From a virus (Duplodnaviria; Caudoviricetes), in the IMG/VR virus record IMGVR_UViG_3300028145_000044, positions 1 to 46,311 of that record: 46,311 nt of DNA. One strand, given 5' to 3'. The notes beneath the pieces are model-generated. The model was given only the letters and a program-made list of their open reading frames with translations. It was not told the DNA's origin and made no database searches. Position numbers and translations under genes: made by a program. Each line of letters opens with the position of its first letter. Position 1 is the stretch's first letter. Positions 25,423 through 35,900 of the stretch are shown one piece after another.

Positions 25423-25632
25423 ATGGCGCAGAACCAGTTCATCAACGTCACGGTCGATGCCGGCGCGGCGAAGAAGGCGGATAACGCCGATCATCGCCAC
25501 GTCGTCGCGCCCGGCGCGGCGGCATCGGGCGACCTCACCCTGTCGTTCGATTCGGCGAAGTTCACCACGCTGAACCTGCTCAAATCCGCCGTCGCCCAGG
25601 TCCTGAACATCGCATCGGGGCAGATGAAATAG
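25423..25632 (+). CDS. Small virion-module protein
   Basis: Packing and codon bias. Confidence 0.7.
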   Translation: MAQNQFINVTVDAGAAKKADNADHRHVVAPGAAASGDLTLSFDSAKFTTLNLLKSAVAQVLNIASGQMK

Positions 25633-25633
25633 C

Positions 25634-25915
25634 ATGCCGAACTCAACGGAATCCGTATCGTTTTCCAACATCGGCGCCACCACGGCGGCGTTCGAGTTGC
25701 GTGGCGGCAAGTATGCGATCACCGCCAAGGCCACCGGCGCCGGGACCATGGGCTTGCAGATGCAGGGACCGGACGGCTCGACCTTCCTCGCCGTGCATAC
25801 CGCGTTCGCCGCCGTGACGGGGTTCATCGTCATCGACATTCCGCCCGGGCAATACAAATTCGTCATTGCGACCTTTACGGCGGTCTTCGCCAACATCTGC
25901 CGCATTCCGTCATAA
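25634..25915 (+). CDS. Small beta-rich virion-module protein
   Basis: LQ..GPDGST.......IPPGQY. Confidence 0.7.
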   Translation: MPNSTESVSFSNIGATTAAFELRGGKYAITAKATGAGTMGLQMQGPDGSTFLAVHTAFAAVTGFIVIDIPPGQYKFVIATFTAVFANICRIPS

Positions 25916-25956
25916 GTGCGTTGCTGCGGTTCCATGCCGCCCGCACCGTCGCGGCA
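25916..25956 (+). promoter_or_regulatory. Late-type promoter 5 (leaderless)
   Basis: GTGCGTTG at -40 and CACCGT at -12 relative to ATG 25956. Confidence 0.75.
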
Positions 25957-27257
25957 TGACGGCATTTCGGACCCCCACCGACATCGGTAATCGGGCGCTG
26001 CAGCACCTTGGCGCGAAGCAGATCGATCCCGTGCTGGGCTTCACCGAGCAGAGCCGCAACGCCAAGGAGGTCTCCTCCTGCTACGACAAGCTGCGCGAGG
26101 CCGAGCTGCAGCGCCGCAACTGGACCTTCGCGATCCGCCGCCAGGTGCTCCGCGCGCTCGACGTCAACACCATGCTGCTGACCCCGTCGCTCTGGCAGCC
26201 GGGCACGACCTATTTCGTCGGCTCGATCGTCGCGGACCAGGTCGGTGGGCTGTGGATCTCCAAGATCCCGAACAACCTCGGCTTTGACCCGCTGCTGACC
26301 ACGGTCTGGCGGCCCTATTTCGGGCCGCTCTCGGTCTCGCTGTACGACGCGACCACGACCTATTCCGACGGCGAGCTGGTCTACACCGCGCCGGGCGACG
26401 GCACCTATCGCGTCTATCAGTCGACGCAATCGGCCAACGCCGACAATCCGGCGACCGGAACGCCCTACAGCGCGACCACGGTCTATTTCAAGAACCAGGT
26501 CGTGACGCTCGCCAGCGTGCCCTACATGAGCCTGATCGACCTCAACATGGGCAACACGCCGTCGGCCGCGCCGCTGGCGTGGAATCCCGCCACGACCTAC
26601 GCGCTCGGCAATCAGGTCGCCGGCTCGGATGGCGTGATCTATACCTCGGTCGCCGGCGGCAATATCGGAAACGACCCGACCCTGACCGCGCCGATAAGCT
26701 GGACCAACACCGGGGTGCTGAGCCCGTGGACGTCTGTCTTCGTCGGCGGTGTCGGCTCGGCGAAATGGCTGCAGATCGGGGGTAAGGAATTTCCCTCCGG
26801 CGTCGCGCTGTCGACGCTCAACATCGTCTATCCGCTCGGCTCCGGTCCCGTCTCGCAGAACTCGACGCGCAACGCCTTCCTGCTGCCGGCCGGCTATCTG
26901 CGCAAGGCGCCGCAGAACCCGAAGTCAGGCATCGGACGGGTCGGTGGGCCGACGAACATCGGCTACGACGACTGGCTGATCGAGGGCGAGTTCATCATCA
27001 CCGGCGACACCGGGCCGATCGCGCTGCGCTTCGTCGCCAACATCACCGACGTGTCGCGCATGCACACGCTGTTCTGTGAAAGCGTCGCGGTGCGCATCGG
27101 ATACGCGATCTGCGACACCATAACCCAGGACAAGGGCCAGTTGCAGCTCATGGCCAAGATCTACAACGAGTGGAAGCAGGAGGCTGCCACCTTCGACGGC
27201 ATCGAGGACGGCTGGGCAGATTCGCCGCAGGACGATTTGATCACCGTGAGGCTATAG
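25956..27257 (+). CDS. Tail tubular protein A / adaptor with inserted repeat domain
   Basis: DIGNRALQHLG...Y..LR..EL....WTFA N-terminus and LP..YLR...F.E...R C-terminus, separated by four W/Y..TTY..G..V repeats. Confidence 0.8.
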   Translation: MTAFRTPTDIGNRALQHLGAKQIDPVLGFTEQSRNAKEVSSCYDKLREAELQRRNWTFAIRRQVLRALDVNTMLLTPSLWQPGTTYFVGSIVADQVGGLWISKIPNNLGFDPLLTTVWRPYFGPLSVSLYDATTTYSDGELVYTAPGDGTYRVYQSTQSANADNPATGTPYSATTVYFKNQVVTLASVPYMSLIDLNMGNTPSAAPLAWNPATTYALGNQVAGSDGVIYTSVAGGNIGNDPTLTAPISWTNTGVLSPWTSVFVGGVGSAKWLQIGGKEFPSGVALSTLNIVYPLGSGPVSQNSTRNAFLLPAGYLRKAPQNPKSGIGRVGGPTNIGYDDWLIEGEFIITGDTGPIALRFVANITDVSRMHTLFCESVAVRIGYAICDTITQDKGQLQLMAKIYNEWKQEAATFDGIEDGWADSPQDDLITVRL

Positions 27258-27261
27258 CCTC

Positions 27262-30200
27262 ATGGGAAACGCCTCATTCGATATTTCAAATTTCCTCGGC
27301 GGCGAGATTTCGCAGTTCGCGCAAGGCCGCTTCGACAAGCCGGACTATCGCACCTCGCTCAACGTCTGCTTCAACGCCTTCCCGGTCGAGATCGGGTCAT
27401 GGACGCGGCGGCCCGGCTCGGCCTATGCGGGTCATACTCGCCGCGGCGGACGCGGTCGCACCATCGCGTTTGACTTCGCGCAGTCCACGCCGGTCACGAT
27501 CGAGTTCACTGACGGGTTTATCCGCTTCCGCTCCGGAAGCTCTCTGGTCACCACCAACGATGCGCAGGTCGTGGTTGCGGTCTCAGCCGCAAATCCGGCT
27601 GTCGTTCAGACCACAGCCGCCGTGACATGGGCGACCGGCGACACGCTGGTGTTTCCCCGCAACTCCACTCCGTTGCTGGAGAACCGGCAATTCACCGCGA
27701 CCAAGATCGACACTACTCATTTTGCGCTTGCAGACGCCATCACCGGGGCGGCCATAAACGGTGCCACGCTTGGCGCGCTCGCGGCCGGCGCCACGGTCGC
27801 CAAGGTGCACGAGCTCGTGTCACCATATATCGGTTCATTGTGGACCGATATCCGGGCTGTGCAGGCCGAGACCACCGACGTCATGTTGTCGGCGAGCTCT
27901 ACGCCGCAAATTCTCACCATCCCGACCTTGCCGGCGCCTGGCATCAATCCGGTGTTTGCGCTGGCCGCCGCAATATTAAGCGACGGTCCATATCTCGACC
28001 CGCCAATCAATGGTGCGCAAGTCACGCCGTCGGCAAAGACCGGGATCATCACGCTGACGGTGGCATTCCAGGCCTACGACGCGACCAAGGCCTATGCGCT
28101 CGGTGCCTTCGTGACATCTGCGGCGATCAACTATATTTCTCTGGTCGACCAAAATTTCAACAATACGCCGGCGATAAGTCCGACGCAGTGGGCTACCACA
28201 TCTGCGGGCGCCGCGATCAATAGCGGGAAAGGGTTTGTTGCGACCGACATCGGTCGTCTGATCCGGCTGTTTTCCGAGCCAGCGTCATGGACGCTGGCCA
28301 GCGTCTACGGTCTCGGCGCGATTGTTTCGTATAGCCCGAGCGGCTTGCCAGGAACGGCGGTCTATTGGCAATCCCTTGTAGGAGCGAATACCGGACACCC
28401 GCCCGGCTCCGACCTGACGAATTGGCAAATCGTGCCATCTGGCGCGGCGCTGTGGACATGGGGCAAGATCGTGTCGCTGGCGTCGTTTGTCCCGTCGGCA
28501 CCGGCCGGCGTCGCCTATGTCGGCGACATGACCGTGAATGGGGGTCTATCCGCATCGTTCAACGGCATCATCAGCAAGAATTCCGCGACGTCATCGCAGA
28601 GGGATTTCGTCGGGCTGTCGTCGTTCAATTTCTCGATCAACTCTTTTGTCGGTGAGGACTTCGGCGCCAGTGCACCAAATTCATATGCGATATCAAGCGC
28701 GACCATCTTTCCGTCCACTGATTTAGCATTCTGCGCGGTTGTGGTGACGGGCGGAACGATCACCAATTTCAAATCGAACGTCACCGTCCAGGCCCGCCTA
28801 TTCGGCTCCAACTCGGCACCGGGCGCAAATCCATTAAATGGGACGCAATTGGGCGTCAGCGCCGTTGGTGGCATTACGATGTCAAACTCGCGGTCGCTGA
28901 ACCAATCGGTAGGCACCGGCCCCGTCACCATCGTATCGCTCGATACGACAACGGCATACCGCTATCTATGGGTTGTGCTCCAGGTGATCGTCGATCAGCT
29001 TGGCGGCGGCGTGGCGTTCAACATTTCGACGATCATCTCCCAGGTTCAATTTCTGGCGGCCACGACCAGTGCCTCGGCCTCGGTTGCGGTCAACGTCGAA
29101 ATTCTCGGGCCCGCGCTGCTCTACACTACAGCAATCCAGACGTGGAGGCTCGGCGTCTATTCCAATACGACGGGATGGCCGACGTGCGGGGTCTACAATG
29201 ATGGGCGACTCTACCTCGGCGGTGCCGTCGGCAATCGCTTCGATGCCTGTGTCTCGAACGGCATCACGGGCGGCTCCGTCAACTTCGCGCCGACCGATCC
29301 GTTCGGCGTGGTCACGGCGGCGTCGGCGATCTCCTATACCTTCAATTCCGACGGGGTGAACAAGATCCTGTGGATGGACCCCGATCTGCAGGGCATCAAG
29401 ATGGGGACGCAGGCCGGCGAGTGGCTGGTGCAGGCACCGACCGCGGGCTCGATCTCGCCGCTCAATATCTCGGCCCGCAACGTCACCAAGCACGGCAGCT
29501 CCAACATGGCGCCGGTGCGCGCCGAGCACACCACGATGTTCGTGCAGCGCTACGGGCAAAAGCTGCTGGAATATTTCCCGGATGTGTTCTCTGGCAAATT
29601 CTCGGCGCCAAACCTCGCCGACAAGGCCCAGCACATTACGCACGCGATCATGGCGGAGCTTGCCTATACCTCCGCGGTGACGCCGATCGTCTGGGGGCGC
29701 GATGTAGCCGGTGGCCTGTTCGGCATTACCTACAAGCGGGATTCGCTGGCGAGCGCGCAGCCGCCGACGTTCTATGCGTGGCACCGCCATGGCCTCGGCT
29801 CCGGCCGGCTGGTCGAAAGCATCTCGTCTGGCCCGTCGGTCGGAGGTAGCGGCGGCGGCGCGCCGGGCATGCTGGACGCGCTCACGATGGTGACCAACGA
29901 CGCTGTCAGCAACGTCCGTCATGTCGAGATCATGACCGATTTCGCCGACGAGCTGATGCCGCTGGCGACCGCGTGGTTTCTCGACGACGCGGTCAACCCG
30001 ACGTCGGTGGTATCGACGCTGGCGCCGACCGGCACCGCACCGTATGGCAGCCTGACCATCAACGGGCTCTGGCACCTCAACGGTAAGACCGTGCAGATAT
30101 TTGCCGGCGGGCTCGACCTCGGCGATCGCGGGCGCGGCCCGGCCAGCTTCACTGATTTCACGGTCGCCAACGGTTCGATCACGGTGCCCTATGGCGACAG

Positions 30201-30627
30201 CATTTCGGCCGGACCCGGCCGGGGCCTGTTCACCTCGGACTTCGCCGCCGCGTTGCCGCTGAGCCAGATCGTCGTTGGATTCACCTACAACAGCGACGGG
30301 CAACTCGTGCGGCCGATCGCGGTGGCCGACACCGGTGCGCGCCAGGGCCCGGCCTTGGGTGAGTTGCGCCGCGTCCACCGCTTCTCGATGTTGCTGAGCA
30401 ACACGATCGGTCTGTCGTTCGGCACGTCGTTCACGAACATGCTGCCCGTGGCGCTGGAGGGACCGGACGGCACATCCTACACGCCGCTGCAGCCTTACTC
30501 CGGGATTGCGCAAGATTCCTCGCAGGACGATTACACCTACGACGGTATGATGTGCTGGCGCGTCTCGCGGCCGTTCCCGGCAAACGTCGTTGCCGTCGGC
30601 GGCAATATCGCAACGCAGGATCAGTAG
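27262..30627 (+). CDS. Tail tubular protein B / nozzle with inserted domains
   Basis: NFLGGEIS....GRFD, RRPG, DGPYLD, W.LG.YS...WP, FVQR, AWHRH, VGFTY. Confidence 0.85.
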   Translation: MGNASFDISNFLGGEISQFAQGRFDKPDYRTSLNVCFNAFPVEIGSWTRRPGSAYAGHTRRGGRGRTIAFDFAQSTPVTIEFTDGFIRFRSGSSLVTTNDAQVVVAVSAANPAVVQTTAAVTWATGDTLVFPRNSTPLLENRQFTATKIDTTHFALADAITGAAINGATLGALAAGATVAKVHELVSPYIGSLWTDIRAVQAETTDVMLSASSTPQILTIPTLPAPGINPVFALAAAILSDGPYLDPPINGAQVTPSAKTGIITLTVAFQAYDATKAYALGAFVTSAAINYISLVDQNFNNTPAISPTQWATTSAGAAINSGKGFVATDIGRLIRLFSEPASWTLASVYGLGAIVSYSPSGLPGTAVYWQSLVGANTGHPPGSDLTNWQIVPSGAALWTWGKIVSLASFVPSAPAGVAYVGDMTVNGGLSASFNGIISKNSATSSQRDFVGLSSFNFSINSFVGEDFGASAPNSYAISSATIFPSTDLAFCAVVVTGGTITNFKSNVTVQARLFGSNSAPGANPLNGTQLGVSAVGGITMSNSRSLNQSVGTGPVTIVSLDTTTAYRYLWVVLQVIVDQLGGGVAFNISTIISQVQFLAATTSASASVAVNVEILGPALLYTTAIQTWRLGVYSNTTGWPTCGVYNDGRLYLGGAVGNRFDACVSNGITGGSVNFAPTDPFGVVTAASAISYTFNSDGVNKILWMDPDLQGIKMGTQAGEWLVQAPTAGSISPLNISARNVTKHGSSNMAPVRAEHTTMFVQRYGQKLLEYFPDVFSGKFSAPNLADKAQHITHAIMAELAYTSAVTPIVWGRDVAGGLFGITYKRDSLASAQPPTFYAWHRHGLGSGRLVESISSGPSVGGSGGGAPGMLDALTMVTNDAVSNVRHVEIMTDFADELMPLATAWFLDDAVNPTSVVSTLAPTGTAPYGSLTINGLWHLNGKTVQIFAGGLDLGDRGRGPASFTDFTVANGSITVPYGDSISAGPGRGLFTSDFAAALPLSQIVVGFTYNSDGQLVRPIAVADTGARQGPALGELRRVHRFSMLLSNTIGLSFGTSFTNMLPVALEGPDGTSYTPLQPYSGIAQDSSQDDYTYDGMMCWRVSRPFPANVVAVGGNIATQDQ

Positions 30628-30629
30628 CC

Positions 30630-31241
30630 ATGGCAATGTCCTCTGCTACAGGTTCGATTTTCGACACCGCAGGGGCCGCGGTGAACGACCTTTTCGGCGG
30701 CATCGGCGACATGCAGCAGGGAGCGCTGAAGGCCAAGGGCCTGAACCTGCAGGCCGCCGGGCTGCGCCTCAAGGCGCAAGGCGACCTGGCGGAGGCCAGC
30801 GAATACGATCTGGCCGGCGAACTGGCCACCAAGAACGCGCGGTTCACCGAGGAATCGACCGCGATCAAGGAAGCGCAGTTGCAGCGCAGCATCACCCAGA
30901 CGATCGGCGGGCAGCAGGCGGACGTGGCTGGTGCCGGCTTCGCGCAATCCGGGTCGGCACTCGACATCATGCGCGACAGCGCATCCCAGGGCGCGCTCAC
31001 CAGCGCCGTGATGGGGCAGCAGGGCCTGATCACCGAGGCCGGCTACAAGGAACAGGCCGATTCCTATGCGCTGATGTCGGGCGCCGCGCGCATGGCGGCG
31101 GCCGGCGAAATGGATATCGCCAACCAGACCGACCAGTTGGCGAAGGACACGGAGAGCGCCGCGGATACGGCCGGCATGGGGAAGTTTTTCTCCAGTGCAA
31201 TCAAAGGCGTCGAGACCGTGGCCATGATCGCAATGTTATAG
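30630..31241 (+). CDS. Internal virion (ejection) protein, small
   Basis: Ala/Gly/Gln-rich; GGQQA..AGAGF..SGSALD. Confidence 0.75.
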   Translation: MAMSSATGSIFDTAGAAVNDLFGGIGDMQQGALKAKGLNLQAAGLRLKAQGDLAEASEYDLAGELATKNARFTEESTAIKEAQLQRSITQTIGGQQADVAGAGFAQSGSALDIMRDSASQGALTSAVMGQQGLITEAGYKEQADSYALMSGAARMAAAGEMDIANQTDQLAKDTESAADTAGMGKFFSSAIKGVETVAMIAML

Positions 31242-31250
31242 GAGGCGGAT

Positions 31251-32945
31251 ATCGCCAACATCAGGCAATTCGACACGCCAAATCTGGGCCTCAATCCGTC
31301 CTCTCTGGGCACGGATGCGGCGGCTGGTGCGGCGCGCCGGGTGGGCGGATTCTACAACCAGGTGGCTGGCGCGACCCAGGAGCTGGGACAGGAGACCTCG
31401 CGGCTCGGCACCGACATCGGCAACATGTGGAAATCGATCGGCGGTGACGTGTCGTCATCGATCGAGACGGCGGGCAATGCCTATCTGAAATACCAGGATC
31501 ACAAGGAGATCAGCGCGGGCGCGCCGGCCGGCGCCGACCTGCTCTCGGCGCTCGACCAGAAATGGAACGAGACCGCGAAGACCGCCGATCCGAACGACCC
31601 GGCGACGCGGCAGAAATTCCTCAAGGAGACCGTTCGGCCGGCGATCGACCAGTTCAAGGGCGGCTTCACGACCGAGAACAGCCAAGCATGGGCGCAGCAC
31701 TTCACCGACCAGATCTACAGCCACCTGACCACCAAGACCGCAGCCGACCAGGCGACGCTGGCGGGGATCGCGGCGCACCGCAACGTCACCTCGACCATCA
31801 ACACGCTGTCGTCGACGGTGCGCAATGACCCGTCGTCGCTGGATATCGCGCTGAAGTCGGTCGATTCCGCCGTGACGCACATGGTCGGGTCGAGCCCGAC
31901 GATGGACGCTGCGACCGCCGCGCGCGTGCAATCCGAACTGACCACGCAGGGCAAGGCCGCGGTCGTCAAATCGTTCATGCTCGGGATCGCGGAGAAAAAT
32001 CCGGCGCAGGCGCAGAAGATCCTCGACAGCGGCAAATATGCCGAGTTCATCGACGGCACCGAAGCCAAGACCATCATCAACTACGCGAAGACGAACCAGC
32101 GGCTGGCGCAGAGCGAGGCCCGCAATGCACGGGTGATGCAGGACTACACCGCCAAGAACGAGTTTCACGAGGCGGCCAACAAGCTGGAGCTTTCCACCGC
32201 GCCGGCCAATCCCGGCGAAAGCCCGACGCTGCCGAAGGACTATTGGGAGAACGTGCGCAAGATCGGCCAGATGCCGGGCGCGCAGCTCGAGCCGGGTCGG
32301 CTGAAATCCATGGTGGAGAACGGCGAGCGGATCACAGCGCGGCTCGGCAAACCGGAGCCTCTTGCGCCTGTTTCACATGAAACAACCATGAGCCTGATCA
32401 AGGACATGCGCGCCGGCAAGATCGACAGCAACGACGCGATCTACAAGGCCTATGGCGAGAACAAGCTGACCACGGCGGATTTCAACTTTCTGCAGAAGGA
32501 ATACGCGCAGGCCAAGACGCCCGACGGAGAATTGCTCAACAAGGATCGCGATCTGTTTTTCAAGCAGTATGCCGGTGCGATCGATAACGCCTATTCGCCG
32601 CAACTCGGCTCGACCAAGGTCTACAACGCCGAAATGTACGCGCGCCGCGTCGAGGCCCAGTTGCGCAGCAAGGGACTGGATCCGCATCTCGCCTACGACC
32701 CGACCAGCGAATATTTTGTCGGCAAGCCAGCATTGATCCAGAAATACCAGGGCGACATGACGTCTGACCTGAAGGAGGTCGCGGCGCGCAAGAGCGTCAA
32801 CCTGACAGCGGACGACAGCAAGGTGATCAGCATCACGACCGAGGAGAAGCCGATCGAGCGTGACGCGCCGCGCACCGCCGGAAACAGCTACATGACGCCG
32901 CTTGGAAAGATGAAGTGGACCGGCACCGGCTGGGTGAAGCCATGA
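31251..32945 (+). CDS. Internal virion (ejection) protein, probable ATC start
   Basis: AGGAGG + 5 nt + ATC GCC AAC, in frame with the 534-aa ORF; helical; C-terminal WTGTGW. Confidence 0.75.
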   Translation: MANIRQFDTPNLGLNPSSLGTDAAAGAARRVGGFYNQVAGATQELGQETSRLGTDIGNMWKSIGGDVSSSIETAGNAYLKYQDHKEISAGAPAGADLLSALDQKWNETAKTADPNDPATRQKFLKETVRPAIDQFKGGFTTENSQAWAQHFTDQIYSHLTTKTAADQATLAGIAAHRNVTSTINTLSSTVRNDPSSLDIALKSVDSAVTHMVGSSPTMDAATAARVQSELTTQGKAAVVKSFMLGIAEKNPAQAQKILDSGKYAEFIDGTEAKTIINYAKTNQRLAQSEARNARVMQDYTAKNEFHEAANKLELSTAPANPGESPTLPKDYWENVRKIGQMPGAQLEPGRLKSMVENGERITARLGKPEPLAPVSHETTMSLIKDMRAGKIDSNDAIYKAYGENKLTTADFNFLQKEYAQAKTPDGELLNKDRDLFFKQYAGAIDNAYSPQLGSTKVYNAEMYARRVEAQLRSKGLDPHLAYDPTSEYFVGKPALIQKYQGDMTSDLKEVAARKSVNLTADDSKVISITTEEKPIERDAPRTAGNSYMTPLGKMKWTGTGWVKP

Positions 32946-35900
32946 CCGAACTGTCCGATGCGGAGGTCTTCGGCCCGCAAAAGGAGATGAGCGACGACCA
33001 GGTGTTCGGCGACCGCATGCCGGACGCGCTGCAGACCACCGTGCCCGAGGCGTTCCTCGACCGCGTGCGCGCGGGCCAGGCGCTGACCCGGATCACTCAG
33101 GCCGCGATCAAGGAGGGCAAGGAAGGCATGGGCCAGGCCACGCCGACCGGGCTGGAAGACGAGACCCTGAACCATCTGGTCGACATGGGCGTGTTCCACG
33201 ACCCGGCGAGCGGCCGCGGCGGCCCGATCCAGACGCTGAACGAGGCGGTGCTGATGCCGACGGCGCAGCTCTGGCAGGCGATTACCCGGGCAACGTCTGG
33301 CGCGATCCACGGCGCTGGCGGGGCGATGGGGCAGGTGGTCGAGGAGTTCGGCGGCTCGCAGGGCATGGCCAACCGCGCCAAGAACGAGGTCATCAACGCC
33401 GGCAACTGGGCGATGATCGAGGGCGGCATGGGCCGGTTCTCCCGCCCCGCCGCAACCCCGGCCGGGGTCGCGGATCAGCCGATCGGCGGGCTGCCGCGGC
33501 CGGAGGATTTCGCGACCGCCGGCAAGGTGATGGAATCGCCGCACGCCGAGGCCAACCTCAAGCGCATGTGGAGCGAGGACGGCATCCACCCCGCCGAGGC
33601 CGTGCACGACGCGCAGGCCGATGCGTTCATCAAGAACGAGATCACGGCGGCGCGCGAGGAGGTGAAGCTTCCCCTGGCCGAGGAGGAGTTGCTGACCGAG
33701 ACCGGCGGCAAGCCCGGCGACCTCGGCGCCGCCGCGACCGACCCGCCCGACGTCTCCCCCGCCGTACAGCCGCTAAGGCCGCCCGGCCGGCTCGCCGCGG
33801 CGCTGCAGTCGGCTGGCGAGACCCTGCTCGACATCGGCCGCGACGCGCAGATGCTGACCGCGCCGATGGCGACCGGCACCCGCGACAGCATGGCGATGGC
33901 CAAGGACTTCGCCAGCTCGCTCCGGCGCAACCGCTGGGACTGGTCGCGGACGGACAAGGACATCGCCGACCGGTTCACGCCCGAACAGCGCGCCCGGATG
34001 TGGACGGCGGCGGACGAGGAAAGCATGTCGCTGCAGCTCGGCGAGCCCGCGCACATGCGCGAGCACCAGGGGCTGGCCACGCTGGCGCCGGAGGAGCGCG
34101 CCGCGGTGGTCGAGCTCCAGACCCGGGCCCAGAACGCATGGGTGCGCGCGCGCGACGCCGGCATGGTCGAGGGCGAAGGGCTGCCGGCCTACACCCCGCG
34201 CATGATCATCAACACCGTCGGCACCGGAGCGAAGGAGACCGTCACCGCGCTCGACGGCAAGGGCTACAACCTGAAGACCCGCACCGGCAACATGCTGAAG
34301 CGGAAATACATGGAGGCGCAGGACACCGAGGCGGCCGCCAAGGCCAAATACGGCGACCAGGCCATGCTCGCGCGCGACATCCGCGTGTTGCCGCTGGCGG
34401 TCTCACAGCTCGAGGACGCCATCGCCGGCCGCACCCTGATCAACAACATCCGCGAATACGGCAAGCAGACCGGTACCGACACTGTCAGCGAGGGCGCGAT
34501 CCCGGCCGGCGGCGATGTGAAATGGTTCACACTCGACCACCCGTCGTTCCGGACGTGGCGGCCGAAGATCGGGGAGGACGCGGAGGGCAACCGGGTCGCG
34601 CTCAAGGATGGCAACGACAACATGATCTTCGAGCAGGTCCCGCTCTATGTGCACGGCGATTTCGAGGGCCCGCTGCGCGCTGTGCTCAGCCAGAAGTCGG
34701 GCCCGCTCTACGGCGCGGCGATGGCGCTCAAGGGCAAGACGATGTCCCTGATCATGAACTCGCCGATGATCCACAACGCGGTGGAGTGGGGCCGCGCGCT
34801 GCCGGCGATGCCCGGCAAGGTCGTGACGTTCAAGGTCTATTTCGAGGGCAACCGGGCCAAGAACAACGTTCCGCTGATGCATGAGGCGATCGACGCCGGG
34901 CTGGTCCCGATCGGCCACCGCTTTTTCAATCAGGATATCACCTCGGTCATGGAATCGCCGGACCTGACGCCGGGCCGCTCCTGGACCGCGAAGGTGCTCG
35001 GCTTCGTGCCCGGCCTGTTCGACGAGGGCGCCGGCACCGCGGTCAAGACGGCGATCGATAAGGCCGGCGACTTCTGGCACAACAAGCTGCTGTGGGACCG
35101 TGTCGCCGATCTGCAGATGGGGCTCTATGTGAACTTCCGCGCCGACGCGATCGCGCACGGGATCGATCCGCAGACTTCCGCCCGCATGGCCGCACATTGG
35201 GCGAACCGCTATGCCGGCGCGCTGCCGAAGGAGGCGATGAGCGATGGCGCCACCAAGGTCGCGAACATGCTGCTGTTCTCGCGGTCCTTCACTATGGGCA
35301 ACCTCGGCGTGCTCAAGGACGTGTTCACCGGGCTGCCGAAGGACGTGATTGCCCAGATCGAGCGCGACGCCGGGTTCGGCAAGGGATCGATCGATGCGGC
35401 TCCAGAATATACTGTCGCCTTCCGAAAGCCGACCGGCGAAGTGATCAGCGGCAAGAAGGGAGAGATTCACACTGACCTTGCCGAGCGCAAGGGCCTAGAC
35501 ATTTTTGCAGACGTGAGCAGCGGGGAGCATCTGGAAGACGGGTTCTCAGATAAGGGTGGAAACTTCTTTTCACGGCAGGAAATGGCCGACAAAAAGCTTC
35601 CGGAAACCGGAGAGGACTTGCGCGATATCATGACTACAAAGGATGCCGTCAAATACGCGAAGTCGATGGCGCGGCGCAAGGCCATGTCCGTGGTCGCGCT
35701 TGACATGGGGCTGATGTACGTCGGCAATTCGCTGCTGCAGAACGCCATGAATGTGATGTGGGGCGACTCGTCGCTCGACAAGGAGATGCACGGCTATGCC
35801 GAGCGCTTCGCCAACAAGATGCAGGCGGTCAAGGAACACCCACTGGAGCTGATCCAGCCGCTGAAGCTGCTGGGCGACCTGTCGTCGACATCCGAGAACG

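Noticed and set aside
23572-25965. 797-aa minus-strand ORF (and the 617-aa plus-strand alternative frame at 23631-25484)
   Set aside because: Shadow of high-GC3 capsid-module genes that share one frame; no RBS, motifs or plausible composition
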